In this document: in pieces, positions 14,446-29,825 of the stretch
Layout: every line of letters starts with the position of its first letter
Position numbering within the stretch: the first letter of the stretch is position 1
Origin: the human T2T-CHM13v2.0 reference genome, Homo sapiens
Length of the DNA stretch: 64,000 bases
Direction: 5' to 3' (one strand)
Assembly (NCBI RefSeq): GCF_009914755.1
Contig: NC_060931.1
The notes under the pieces: generated by a model
Databases searched by the model: none
Told to the model about the DNA's origin: nothing
The model's input: the letters and a program-made list of their open reading frames with translations, nothing else
Made by a program: the position numbers and the translations under genes

Positions 14446-15809
14446 AGTTTGTTGCCCTGTTCCTCGGATGCTGGCGTTGGATGCCGCGGTGAACCCTCCT
14501 GGGGGCACTGTCCTGACAGGGGAGCTGGGCACCTGCCCCCCAGAGGGCTCCCTGAGGAGGCTGGGGGCCTGGGAGGCTGGGGGTCGGCCAGGTGGTTTCC
14601 TCTCAGCAAGTGGGGGAGGTGAGGTGGTGCTTGACCTTGGAGGGTCTCGGAGGTCGGAGGTCTGTCTAAGACGTCCATTCTGCAGGCATTTATGATTTGC
14701 TTACTGTTTGTCAGGCTCTGTTTCTTGCGGGGGCAGTGGAAGGGGTGTCCGGGCCTGGAGACGAATAGGGCAGGAGTGATGGGGGTCTGACCTTGTGGCC
14801 AGGGGAAATGGTAGAACAGGTGAGGTGGGGTCCCTGGAGTACAACACACAGCGTCTTCCCCTCACCTTCCTACAGGCTGGGTGGGGCTCACGAAGTCCTG
14901 CCCCCCAGGGTGGATCGGGAGAGAGAGATGTGGCTTCTGTGCCTGAGAGCTGCCTGCGGGCCCAGGGACATCCCTGCCCTCCTGGCCTCTGCCTTCGTAC
15001 ATGTGAAGGGTGTATGCAGGAGAGAGACAGAGAGTGAGACGGGATCCAGGTTCCCCATCCCAGGCCCCTGCCCTGGGGGAGGAGCAACGTGTGTGGTCTC
15101 TAGGGGATCGTGAGCCCCTACGATTGTTTGCAGATCTGTGCACACTGTAAATGTGCACGTGTGTGCCATGTGTATATGAGTGTGTGCATGCGTGTACACA
15201 TCCACACATGTGCAGCGTGGTGGCCCAGGCCTTCGTGCACCAGCACCCTGGTCCTCTTCTGCCAGCCCCGGAAGCCTGTGCGGTCGCCTCTGACTCCTTC
15301 GTGCCTTGGCGCTGTCACAGACAACCCAGAGGCGGGACAGAGGGCGTTGAGCCCCTCCGTGGGTGGAATATCACTGCAGTTAGGAGCCATGTCTCAAATC
15401 CTCCATGCGTGATGGCTCAGGTGCGTCTTCCACGCAGATCACTCTGGCAGGGAGCGCGGATGGAGACCCGAGGCTGGGGCCTGCTGGCTTTGCCCCTCTA
15501 CGCGAACAGAATGGCCTCTGCCCTGCAGGAATCTTGAGTCCAGGAGAGGAGAGTTTCCCTGGAGGTGGAGGTCAGGCCCGGCAGTCAGCAGGCCAAGCTC
15601 CTTCGGGCCAGGGCAAGCCGGAGGGCTTCCCAGAGCGGGCACAGTGGACAGCTGAGCAGGCCAGACTCTGACATGAGGTCTGGACAGGCCCTTCCGCCCT
15701 TCCGGATGCCAGTCCCCCTGCTTGTCTGACCACTGGCCCGCCTGCCCACGGGGCGGCTGAGATGCTGGCGTGTGCGTGCGCATGTGCACGTGTGTTTGTG
15801 TGCGCGTGG

Positions 15810-16030
15810 GGCTTTCTGACAGCCGATAATTCACAGGCGCCTCCAGAGCCGGCTCCCGCTCCCACCCGCTCACTCCTGTTTATGAAGCGAAGGGTAAGTG
15901 TTTAATTAGTCGCCTAATTGCCTGGGTAATTGGAGACGAACTCAGCTCTCCAAGTAATCAGTCGGAACAGCCTCGAAAATATCTGGCCCAATATTCATTA
16001 GTGTGGCTTGATCGTTAAACAGTTACCGTG
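15810..16030. promoter_or_regulatory. Homeodomain-motif island (candidate enhancer)
   Basis: TGACAG 15817; TAATT at 15903, 15915, 15927; TAATCA 15955; unique sequence. Confidence 0.6.
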
Positions 16031-16479
16031 TTTGGTTCATGACAAGGCCCAGCAAACAGCTGCGCGCCCAACAGCCCCCGCCAGCCCTGGCGGACAAACA
16101 GCTCCACGCAGACGGACGGACAGCCGGCCAGCACCGGGGCAGAGATGTGAGCGGCCAGCGGGGCACAGACGCGGGCGGCCAGCGGCACCCGCACGTTCCG
16201 TCTGTGCCCTGTCCGGCTGCCCTTTCCCCTGGGCCCCCCGGTCTCCCTGGAGCTGCAGAGGCTCCCTCGGTCAGTTGGGCCACCCCCACCCCGCCAGCCT
16301 CCTTTGCCCCCAGGGAGCCCGGTGGCTGGGATTCTGGGAGCAGAGCAGAGGCAGAAACCCAAGGCAGCTGGATGAACAAGGCTGGAAGGACGGGGCTCTG
16401 CCCCTGCCGAAGAGGGCTGTGACCATCAGCAGCGCCTCCCCACGCACTTCCCTGTATGGGTTACAAAGCAGGTGCACAT

Positions 16480-16600
16480 CCACAGGGCTCTTTTGCTCTG
16501 TGTAGTCCTGCAAAGTGAGGGCCAGAAATGTGCCCACTTTACAGATAGGGAAACTGAGGCCCAGAGAGGCAGTGCAGCCTGGGATGGAGCCAGGTCTCTG
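16480..16600 (-). mobile_element. MIR
   Basis: cccactttacagatagggaaactgaggcccagagagg. Confidence 0.75.
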
Positions 16601-16819
16601 CCCTTCATCAGCAGCCCCAGGGTCTCTTCTGGAGTCGGGGCTAGCCCATCTGCTTCCTCTCCCCAGAGCCCACCTCCCTGTAAAGAGCGGAGGAAGTGTC
16701 TGCCAGGGCAGGGCAGCGGCAGCTGGAGCCCTGGGCCTCCCGTGGAGCAAGACAGCCCCGCAGGCAAACCCACACCCATCTGCAGCTGTGGCTAAGAAGC
16801 CACCCGGTGCCCTGAACAC

Positions 16820-17290
16820 GTTCATGCATCTGTTCACTCATTCGCTCACTCTTCATCTCACAGCTATTCTTCGAGTTCTTCCTCGAAGAAGAAGAGCCAG
16901 GCACTGTGGCAGGCTGGGCACGCCAGGGAACAAACCAGATCCGGCCCTGCCCCCAGCCAGGTCCCCAGGACATTCTGAAGGAGGAGGGTGTTCAGTGAAG
17001 GGCCCACAGGGTCTGCAGGAGGGGCTCCGGGACCTGAAGGAAGAGTCAGAGCCGGCTGGGTGGGGAGGGAGGGAAAAGCATTGGTGGGTGGAACAGCGTG
17101 TGCAGAAGTCCCTGAGGCTGCACCGCTGGGGAGGGGAGGGGCTGGGAGGAGCGGGGGTGGGGGCAGCCATGCAAGGTCTCGCCCGCTGAAGCAGTGGGCT
17201 TCATTCTAAGGATCAGGGGGAGCCTTTGAGGGGACTGAAGGAGGGGAATCGTGCAGTTTGTGTGATATTTTTTAAAGGAGCTCTACAAGG
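16820..17290 (-). mobile_element. L2 fragment (3' end and body)
   Basis: ttcactcattc...gccaggcactgtggcaggctggg...ggaacagcgtgtgcagaagtccctgagg...ggcttcattctaag. Confidence 0.65.
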
Positions 17291-18001
17291 AGGATGGGTG
17301 GGGCCCCTAGGGAAGCCGGGAAGGTGCAGCGGTCCAGGAATGGGGTGGTGTTGTGGACTGGAGAGGCCCCTCCACGCCCAGGCTGCACTGCACCTGTTCT
17401 GGGCCTGGGAGGGGAGCAGGCTTCACCCCCCACCCCCACCCCTAGCTCCCTGGTCTCTGGCTTGGGGCTGGGAGACAGAGAGAGGGGAAAGCATGCGTTT
17501 CCCTGGCTCCCTCTCCTAGGGCTGCCGTGCGGTGAGGGCTCCTTCCTCCTCCAGAGCCACAGCTCCCCCCGCAGCCCCCCTCCTGCCTCGCCCTCAACTA
17601 TGCCCACCCTTCCTGCTGCTGTGGCCTGGGGCATCGGTGGCCTGCACTGCTAGTCCCAGGACGCTTGCCCAAGTGATCCTCCGGCTACAGCCCTGCCCAC
17701 ACCTCTGTGAACGGCCCCCTCATTAGAGCTCCTTTTCTGCTTGGAGCCAGCCCTTGGCCAAGTTCCATGTTCACCTGACTCCCACCGAGAACACGGCTTT
17801 TTGAGGTTCACGCGCTGAGGGCCCCTTTCCCTGCAACAGCAGGCACGTGACTTCGCGGCGATTGCACAGGAAGACCTGGACTTGGAACCAGGAGCCTGGG
17901 CTTGGACCCGGCCCTGCTGTGTGACTTTGGGCAGGCCGCTTACCCTCGCTGAGCCTCATCTCCTCAGCTATTGAATGGGTGTAAAAAGAATACCCACAGC
18001 A

Positions 18002-18121
18002 AGGCTGAGGCAGGAGAATGGCGTGAAGCCAGGAGGCGGAGCTTGCGGTGAGCCGAGATCGCGCCACTGCACTCCAGCTTGGGCGACAGAGAGAGACTCC
18101 GTCTCAAAAAAAAAAAAAAAA
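18002..18121 (+). mobile_element. 5'-truncated AluY inserted into a MIR (MIR about 17870-18200)
   Basis: Right-arm fragment gagaatggcgtgaa...gcggagcttgc with poly(A); TSD aatacccacag. Confidence 0.9.
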
Positions 18122-18294
18122 AATACCCACAGATGGGGTTGTGGGAAACATAAGCAAAAGCACTAAATAACTGGAAGAAATTAATTTGGGGAGCAGGTTG
18201 TAAAATAAATAGCTACTGTTGATGGTGCTTTCAGCAGCTGTCTGGCCTGGTACAGGTCTTTACAAATGTCACCCCACTCGATATAATCCTCTCA

Positions 18295-18487
18295 TCATCC
18301 TCTTCCTCCTCCTTCCCCTCTTCCCTCCTCACCTCCTCCCTCCTCCCCCCTCCTCCCCCTCCTCTCTCCTCCTCCCCCTCTCCTCCCCTCCTCCTCCCCC
18401 TTCTCCTCCCCCCTCCTCCCCCTTCTCCTCCCCCCACCCCTCCTCTCCCTCCTCCCTCCTCCTCTCCCTCCTTCTTCTCCTTTTTTT
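18295..18487. repeat. Polypyrimidine (CCT/CT)-rich tract
   Basis: Almost pure C/T for about 190 bp. Confidence 0.9.
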
Positions 18488-18503
18488 AAAAAATTCTCTT
18501 ACA

Positions 18504-19325
<822 letters not shown>

Positions 19326-19334
19326 GATCCTTTT

Positions 19335-20200
<866 letters not shown>

Positions 20201-20469
20201 CATCCATCTGCTGGAGCAGCAGTTTTTAATCCTTGTTTTCCAGGTGTAGAAACTGAGTGTTAGAAAGATTTATCTTCTGAGCTCATGGCGTCAAGATGTG
20301 AGATTTGGAAATGGTGTGGTGGGGAAAGAGGAAGGGCCTGGAACTTGTTTCCCCCCAACTTTCTGGAATTTTCTCCCTCCAGATTCTACGTTTAAAACTT
20401 AGGTATTTTGTACATCATGTTTTTTTTTTTCTGTTAGTTTGTATTAACTTTTTAAGTTTAAAAAATTTA

Positions 20470-21200
<731 letters not shown>

Positions 21201-21781
21201 GCAAACCATAATGCAATATCACAACCATGATATTGACACTGATAGAATGAATCCCTTGGACAGTTTTTGTGGAATTGCTGTTGTACAAATACTTCAATAT
21301 CTCCCGTCATGGGGTTTGTGCTATTGTCGGTATTCACTTTACTTATGCATGTGTTATAAACCTGACATTGTTATTTTTGTTTAAACAGTCAATTATCATT
21401 GTAAGACATTTAAAAAATAACAGAAAAATCATGTATTTTCCTATGTACTCACCATTCCCAGTGCCTCTCATTCCTTGTGTAAATTCACATTTCTATCAGC
21501 TTGAAGGACTTCCTTTAATGTTTCTCGTAGTACACGTGTGCTGCTGATGAGTTATTTCAGCTGTTGTTTGTCTGAAAATGTTTTTTATTTTTAAAAATTT
21601 TTCCACTTAGCCTTGACTTGAAACTCGTGAAAATATCTTTATTTCATTGTCAGTTCTGAAAAATAGTTTTGCTGGGTATAGAATTCTAGGTTGGAAGGGT
21701 TTTCAGTACTTTCAAGATGTTGCTCCGGTGTCTGGCTTTAATATTTCCACTGAAAAAAACCTGCTGTCATTCTTATTTTTA

Positions 21782-22133
<352 letters not shown>

Positions 22134-22498
22134 GCTTCCTTTAAGTAATTTCATAATGATATACCTGCATGTACTTTTCATCATATTTCTTAAACTTGGG
22201 GTATGTCAGGCTTTTTATCCATGAGTTTATAACTTTGATCACATTTGGTAAATTTTCAGCCATTAGCTCTTCAAAATATTTTTTTCTCTCCCCTCTCCTT
22301 CAGGAACTCCAATTACCTACACATTAGGCTGCTTGAAGCTGTCCCACAACTTGCTGATGTTTGTAATTAAAATAAAATGATTTATTCTTCATTCTGAATA
22401 GCTTCTTCTGACATGTCTGATCTTCTATCATTGCCATCTAGTGTATTTTTAAATCTAAGACATTGTAGTTGGCACAACTATAAGTTCAATTTGGTCAT

Positions 22499-23166
22499 TT
22501 TTATATCTTCTATGTTTCTTTTCTTCCTTTCTTTCTCCTTCACTTCTTTCTCTCTCTCTTCTTTTCCCTCCCTCCCTCCTTTCCTCCCTCCCCTCCCTCC
22601 CTCCTCTCCCTCCTTCTTTCTTTCTTTCTTTCTTTCCTCTCTCTTTTATATCTTCTATGTTTCTTTTCTTCCTTTCTTTCTCCTTCACTTCTCTTTCTTT
22701 TCCCTCCCTCCCTCCTTTCCTTCTTTCCTCCCTCCCTCCCTTCCCTCCCTCCCTCCTCTCTCTCCTTCTTTCTTTCTTTCCTCTCTCTTTCCTTTCTTTC
22801 TTTCTTTCTTCTTTTTCTTTCTCTCTTCTCTCTCTTTCTCCTTTCTTTTCTTTCTCTCCTCTCTCTCTTTCTCTCTTTCTTTCCTTTCTTTCGTCTCTCT
22901 CTGTTACCCAGGCTGGAGTGCAATAGCATGACAATAACTCACTGTAGCCTCAAACTCCTGAACTCAAGTGATCCTCCTGCATCAGCCTCCCAAGTACCTG
23001 GGACTACAGGAATGCACCCCCATTTCCAGCTAATTTTTAAAGATTTTGTAGAGACAGGGTCTTGCTATGTTGGCCAGGCTGGTCTTGAACTCTTAGCCCC
23101 AAGCAATCCTCCCACCTCAGCCTCCCAAAGTGCTGGGGTAATGGGTGTGAACCACCTCATCCAGCC
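22499..23166 (-). mobile_element. AluJ with an expanded, partly duplicated CT-rich tail (22499-22895)
   Basis: Alu body 22895-23166; tail converted to (CTTT/CCCT)n. Confidence 0.88.
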
Positions 23167-23445
23167 TACATCTTCCATGTTTCTACTTCACTTTTTGAAC
23201 ATATAGTGAAGCCTGTCTGCTCATTCTAACATCTGTGTCAGTTCTTGGGTCAGTTTCCATTGATCAATTATTCTCCTTATTGTGGGTCATGTTTTTCAGT
23301 TTCTGTTAATGCCTGATAATCTTTGATTGGATGCTAGACATTGTGAACTTTGCCTCACTGGTTGCTTGATATTTTTGTATTCCTATAAATATACCTGAGG
23401 CTGTATTTTGGGATGTAGTCAGGTTACTTAGAAACAGTGTGATCT

Positions 23446-24038
<593 letters not shown>

Positions 24039-24719
24039 AGAAACAGTGTGATCTTTTCCAGTCTTGCTGTTGTTGTCAGTTTAGTGCATCTGGAGCAGTC
24101 TGGTGCTAATTATTCCTCACGACTGAGGCAACACCTTCCTGAACATTCTTCCTAGGGACCTGCAAACAATGAGTTTTTCCATCATGAGTCTGGCTGGGGA
24201 GAACACATCTCCCAGCCCTGAGTCAGCACTGGGCATTGGTCTCTAATCCATTTGGATGCTTCTTCCCCAGGCCTTGGACAATTCCCCCACATTCATGCAC
24301 TGATGAGTTGAACACTTGAGAGGAAGCCTCTGCAGACCTCCCAAGTCCTCACTCTCTGTTCAGGACTCTCCTTTTATGTGCATTGTCCTGCAAACTCAAG
24401 CCACCTTTTTCTCTCCAGACCCTTAGCTCTGTCTCCTCAACTCAGGGGATTTGTTGGGCTACACTTGGGTCCCCCTCCCTGCACCATGGCCTGAAATCTC
24501 TCGTGATGACAAGACTGTCCATATTTCTCCCCCTTCTCTCAAAAGACAGGGAGCACTGTCTTTTGCTACCTGATGTCTAGCATCATAAAAGCCATTGTTT
24601 ATTATACTTTGTCTGGTTTTCTTGATGTTTTGGTTGAAAGGGTAAATCTAGTTCCTGTTGCTGTATCTTGGGTGGAAGTCTAGATCCTTGGAAAATTTTT
24701 GGAGCCTCAGGGTCAAGCC

Positions 24720-24895
24720 ACCATCTCAGAAGAATCAGATCTCAGACATGGACCCTGGTGATGACAATTGAGCCCTGGATCAAGCCATGCCTGAAGCCAG
24801 AGATCTACCCCAGACAGATCAGCTCCAGGGGGCAACAAAGTTCCTCTTCTGTTGAAGCCAATCAGGCTGGGCTTCTTGTCCCTCAGGACTCGCAG
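24720..24895 (+). mobile_element. MLT1J/K-type LTR 3' fragment
   Basis: tgagccctggatcaagccatgcctgaagccaga...gttgaagccaatcaggctgggcttcttgtc. Confidence 0.6.
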
Positions 24896-25549
24896 CTTCC
24901 TATTGCACCCGGCGGCTCCCTGGAAGTATGAAATGCTACTGCAGGAGAGAGTGGGAGTGAGTACAAGGCAAATCCAGGCTGGGACAGGTTGGAGAGAGGG
25001 GGAAAAGGGGTGAGTTTTGCATCTTTGAATGCCCACACTTACCAGGTGAGGACAGTGAGTGGATCAGGTGTTCCCTATTCCTGACCCTCTAAGGCTTCTC
25101 AGAACATCTAACCTGGCCATGCCTCTCTCTGTCCATCCTCTCTCCTGTCCAGCCCTGCGGGTGCCAGCAGGTCCCCACCCAGGGCCTCTGCACCTGCTGT
25201 CCCAGCTGCCTGGGCTATTCTGCCCTAGGGTATCCTTGAGGCTCCAACGGCACATTTCAGGGTGCCCCAGAATCCCACAAGGGGCTGAGCATACAGCAAG
25301 TTAGTGCCTTTGCCTTCCTGGAGAAACTTAACACTAGGGAAGAAACAAAAGAGAGGGGTTAAAAAAAGAAGAAGAAAGGAGGGCTGGGGCAGATTCCTCA
25401 GAAGGTCCCGTGACCCCAGATCTTCCTGGCACCAGCTTCACCGTCAGCCCACTTCTTTGGGGCAGGGGATTGCATGGCCCTGGACCCCATGACTGCTCCC
25501 TGCCCCCTGTAAAATATCCCCTTTAGACAGAGAAGCCGGGTGGGGGCAG

Positions 25550-25720
25550 AGAGAAAGGAAAAATAATTACTTCTCAGCCTCTAACCTTTCCGGCAAGTGA
25601 CTCGGTAATAAATAATCCCCACGTCCCTCCAGTGCGATCCATCAGCAGGAACTCCTAATTACTTCAGACTCACTTGAAACCGCTTCCAGTCCCACTTTCA
25701 AATAAATAAAAAATTAACGT
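25550..25720. promoter_or_regulatory. AT-rich homeodomain-motif island
   Basis: TAATTACTTC at 25564 and 25656; TAATAAATAATCC at 25606. Confidence 0.5.
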
Positions 25721-26884
25721 GGATCCGGAGCAGACGCCCGCGTGCAGGACTCCCGACCCGCCTCCCAGGAGGTTTGCCTGAGACGTGTCGGGATGGAGCC
25801 CCCCAGGGCGGCCTTGTGCTCCAGAGCCACCCCATCAGCGGTTCCACCCTGGACCCAGGACCCACCTGTCCCATCACAGGGCTTCTGTGCAACGACCCCC
25901 ACCCTCAGCAGGCCGCTTCCTGGGCCGTCCTGTGGTCCCTGAGCACAGCGGTCTCGGGCCCAGGGTCCCCAGCCCAGCACTGGGAAGATGTGCTGGCCAT
26001 GTCCATCGGCCCCCATGGCCTGGCTGCCTGTCTGGCCCAGCACAGCTCGGCCTTCCCCTTGGGGGCCTCACCGTGACCTCCGTAATTAAGCCTAGGGTTC
26101 GGACAAGGTGACCCCAATACCCTGCTGCTCTGGAATTGAGCCCCGTCCCACGGGGGAGCCCAGACTTGCCCTCTGCAGTGGCCTGGGGACCACACCGCCT
26201 GTCTCTGTGTCTTAACTCCACCGCATGGCACCTCTGATCACCCCATGGCTGGGGACTTCTTTGGGGGCCTCCTGAGAAGCCCTGTGCCCCCAGCCCTGGA
26301 TCAGCCCCAGCTGCAGTGGGGGCAGGCAGGGGCCTTCCCTGATTGTAACCAGACAGATGGGGAGGCAGGGCCCCGACCCCATTTCCCCTCCGGCTCCGTC
26401 CAAACCTGGGTATGCTACACATAGCCACTGAACCCCACCTGGCGTGTCCACAGCTCCAGCCTCTGTCCCTCAGCTCCATGAGGCCCGGCCTGCACTGACG
26501 GGCAGGTGGAAGCCACTCCTGGGCCCAGCCTGCTGGACACGAGGGAGGCGGCTGGGGTGGGAGCTGCCCTCTGACCTCCCACAGCCACAGGTCAGCCCAG
26601 CGCGGGCCAGGGAAGGTGTCCTGGAGACAGAAGACCCAGGGCACTGGGAAGGGCATGGAAAGGTTTCTGGGGGGATCCAGGCAGGGGCAAGCAGGGAGAG
26701 GGCTCCTGGGGGGATCCAGGCGGGGGTGGGCAGGGGTGTGACCCCAGCGCTCACCTCCTGGGTAGGGTTGTGAGGGTGAGGGGCTGTCGGCGGTGCCAAG
26801 GATCTGGGCAGGCCCCACTGAGGCCTGGGCAGGTGTGGAGGGCAGTGGAGGTGGGGGGTGGGGCCACAGGCTGGACCCTCCACA

Positions 26885-27020
26885 GGAGAATTAATTAAAC
26901 GCATCTCACTCTGGCACCACCAAGCCATTTCTGCTGACCTCACCAGGCTGATTAATATTTCATTAGCCTTTAGGAGGAGGGAGAGCACTTATTAACCTGC
27001 TATGTCAATCTGTCAGTGCT
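26885..27020. promoter_or_regulatory. AT-rich homeodomain/PBX/MEIS-motif island
   Basis: TTAATTAA 26891, TGATTAAT 26949, TGTCAATCTGTCA 27003. Confidence 0.55.
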
Positions 27021-27819
27021 GGTCCTGGTGTCCAGTGTCCCAGGGAAGGACAGAATAAAGATCCGGTGCACCCAGCCTCCAGGGCCTCCTGGATGGAGTG
27101 GTCCCCCCATGCTCTGCTCCCCCGAGACTGCCCATGCTCAGTCCCCCGGCCTCAGGTCCTCCCGGGGGCAGAACTGCTGTGCTCCCCATCCCCAGCTATG
27201 GCCAAGGCCTTTGCAGCCTGAGCTGGGGTGGGCTGGAGATGGAGGCCTGGAGGATGCCTTCCCTGGGCTGGGGGAGTCCTCTGAGGGCCGTGCTGAGCCT
27301 TGCTGCTGCTCTGGGCTCCATACCTGGTGCTGATGTGTGGGGAGGGGCATGGGGAGCCCCGGGATGTAGGGGGCGGCTCTGTGCCGAGGCCCTGGGAGTG
27401 GTGTGAATCGGGTGGGGCTGGGTGCCCCAGGAGGTGCTGCCAGCCTACCCAGCGCCTCGAGGTGAAGGCTGAGTGTGTGACCTACACCACCACACCCGGC
27501 CGCCCTGCTGGAGCCCAGGCTCCCTGGGGGTAAGCTGCCTGCCAGCACCAGCTCAACTTTGCCTTCTGGGGACCTGCCCATGTTCTACAGGAAGCTGCAA
27601 ATGCAGATTTTCTGTGAACTTACCTGATTTTTCAATCCTACAACAAATTCCATGCTCTGAAAAGCAGGATGAGCCCAGCAGCTGTGTGTGGCATGGGGGT
27701 CTGTGTCAGCATCCACCACAGCCCCAGCACGTAGTAGGCCCTCAATAAACTCCCCCAGGATGGGAGTTTATTGTCACCCCACTGGCGTGGGTGGGTGACA
27801 GTGGAGTTGGCTTTGGCTG

Positions 27820-28590
<771 letters not shown>

Positions 28591-28897
28591 GGCTGACTCA
28601 GGAGGGGAGTCCCCAGCCGCCGGCTGCCCTGAGGCTGGGCCCCTGCCTGGTCCCCGCCATGCCCACCCTCACCGAGTGCCAAGTCTGCAGCCCTCTGCCA
28701 GCTCCCGACTGCCCCTCCCCTGAAAAGGCACGTGGACGTGGGGGAGCTCTTTGGTCTGATCATCAGGGTGCTCCCAGCAGGCAGGCAGGGCTTGCAGGGT
28801 GGAGGAGGACCCCTGAGAGCCCAGCAGGAGGTCCCCCGTGCAGACATGCCCTTGTTGAGGGCACGGTGGAGACGCATGTCCATCCCTGGAGGGACAG

Positions 28898-29578
<681 letters not shown>

Positions 29579-29719
29579 GGCAGCTGCCAGGGGACACCTA
29601 GCTTGCGCTGGGGCTGCCTGCTGCTCCCGGCTCTGCCCGCCGGCCCCCAAGACTCCCCAGGAGCTCCGAGCCAGTCACCCCGGGCTAGCTTTCGAGGACC
29701 TCTCTCCCCCATGTAGGCA

Positions 29720-29825
29720 GGCAGCAATGAAATTTTTAAATAAGGCCAAAAAATGAAAACTCCCCCGAGTTTATTAAGTAAAATGCAGGTGGGTAATTAC
29801 AAACTGGCTTAATTAAAATCCACCC
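29720..29825. promoter_or_regulatory. AT-rich homeodomain-motif island
   Basis: TTTATTAA, TAATTA 29794 and TTAATTAA 29809 in GC-rich surroundings. Confidence 0.5.

Noticed and set aside
22413-22934. Hydrophobic Phe/Ser/Leu and Lys/Glu/Arg ORFs
   Set aside because: They are translations of the CT-rich Alu tail.
25874-26818. 314-aa minus-strand ORF
   Set aside because: Pro/Gly/Arg/Ala-biased composition expected from GC-rich DNA; overlapping ORFs in other frames; no recognisable domain.
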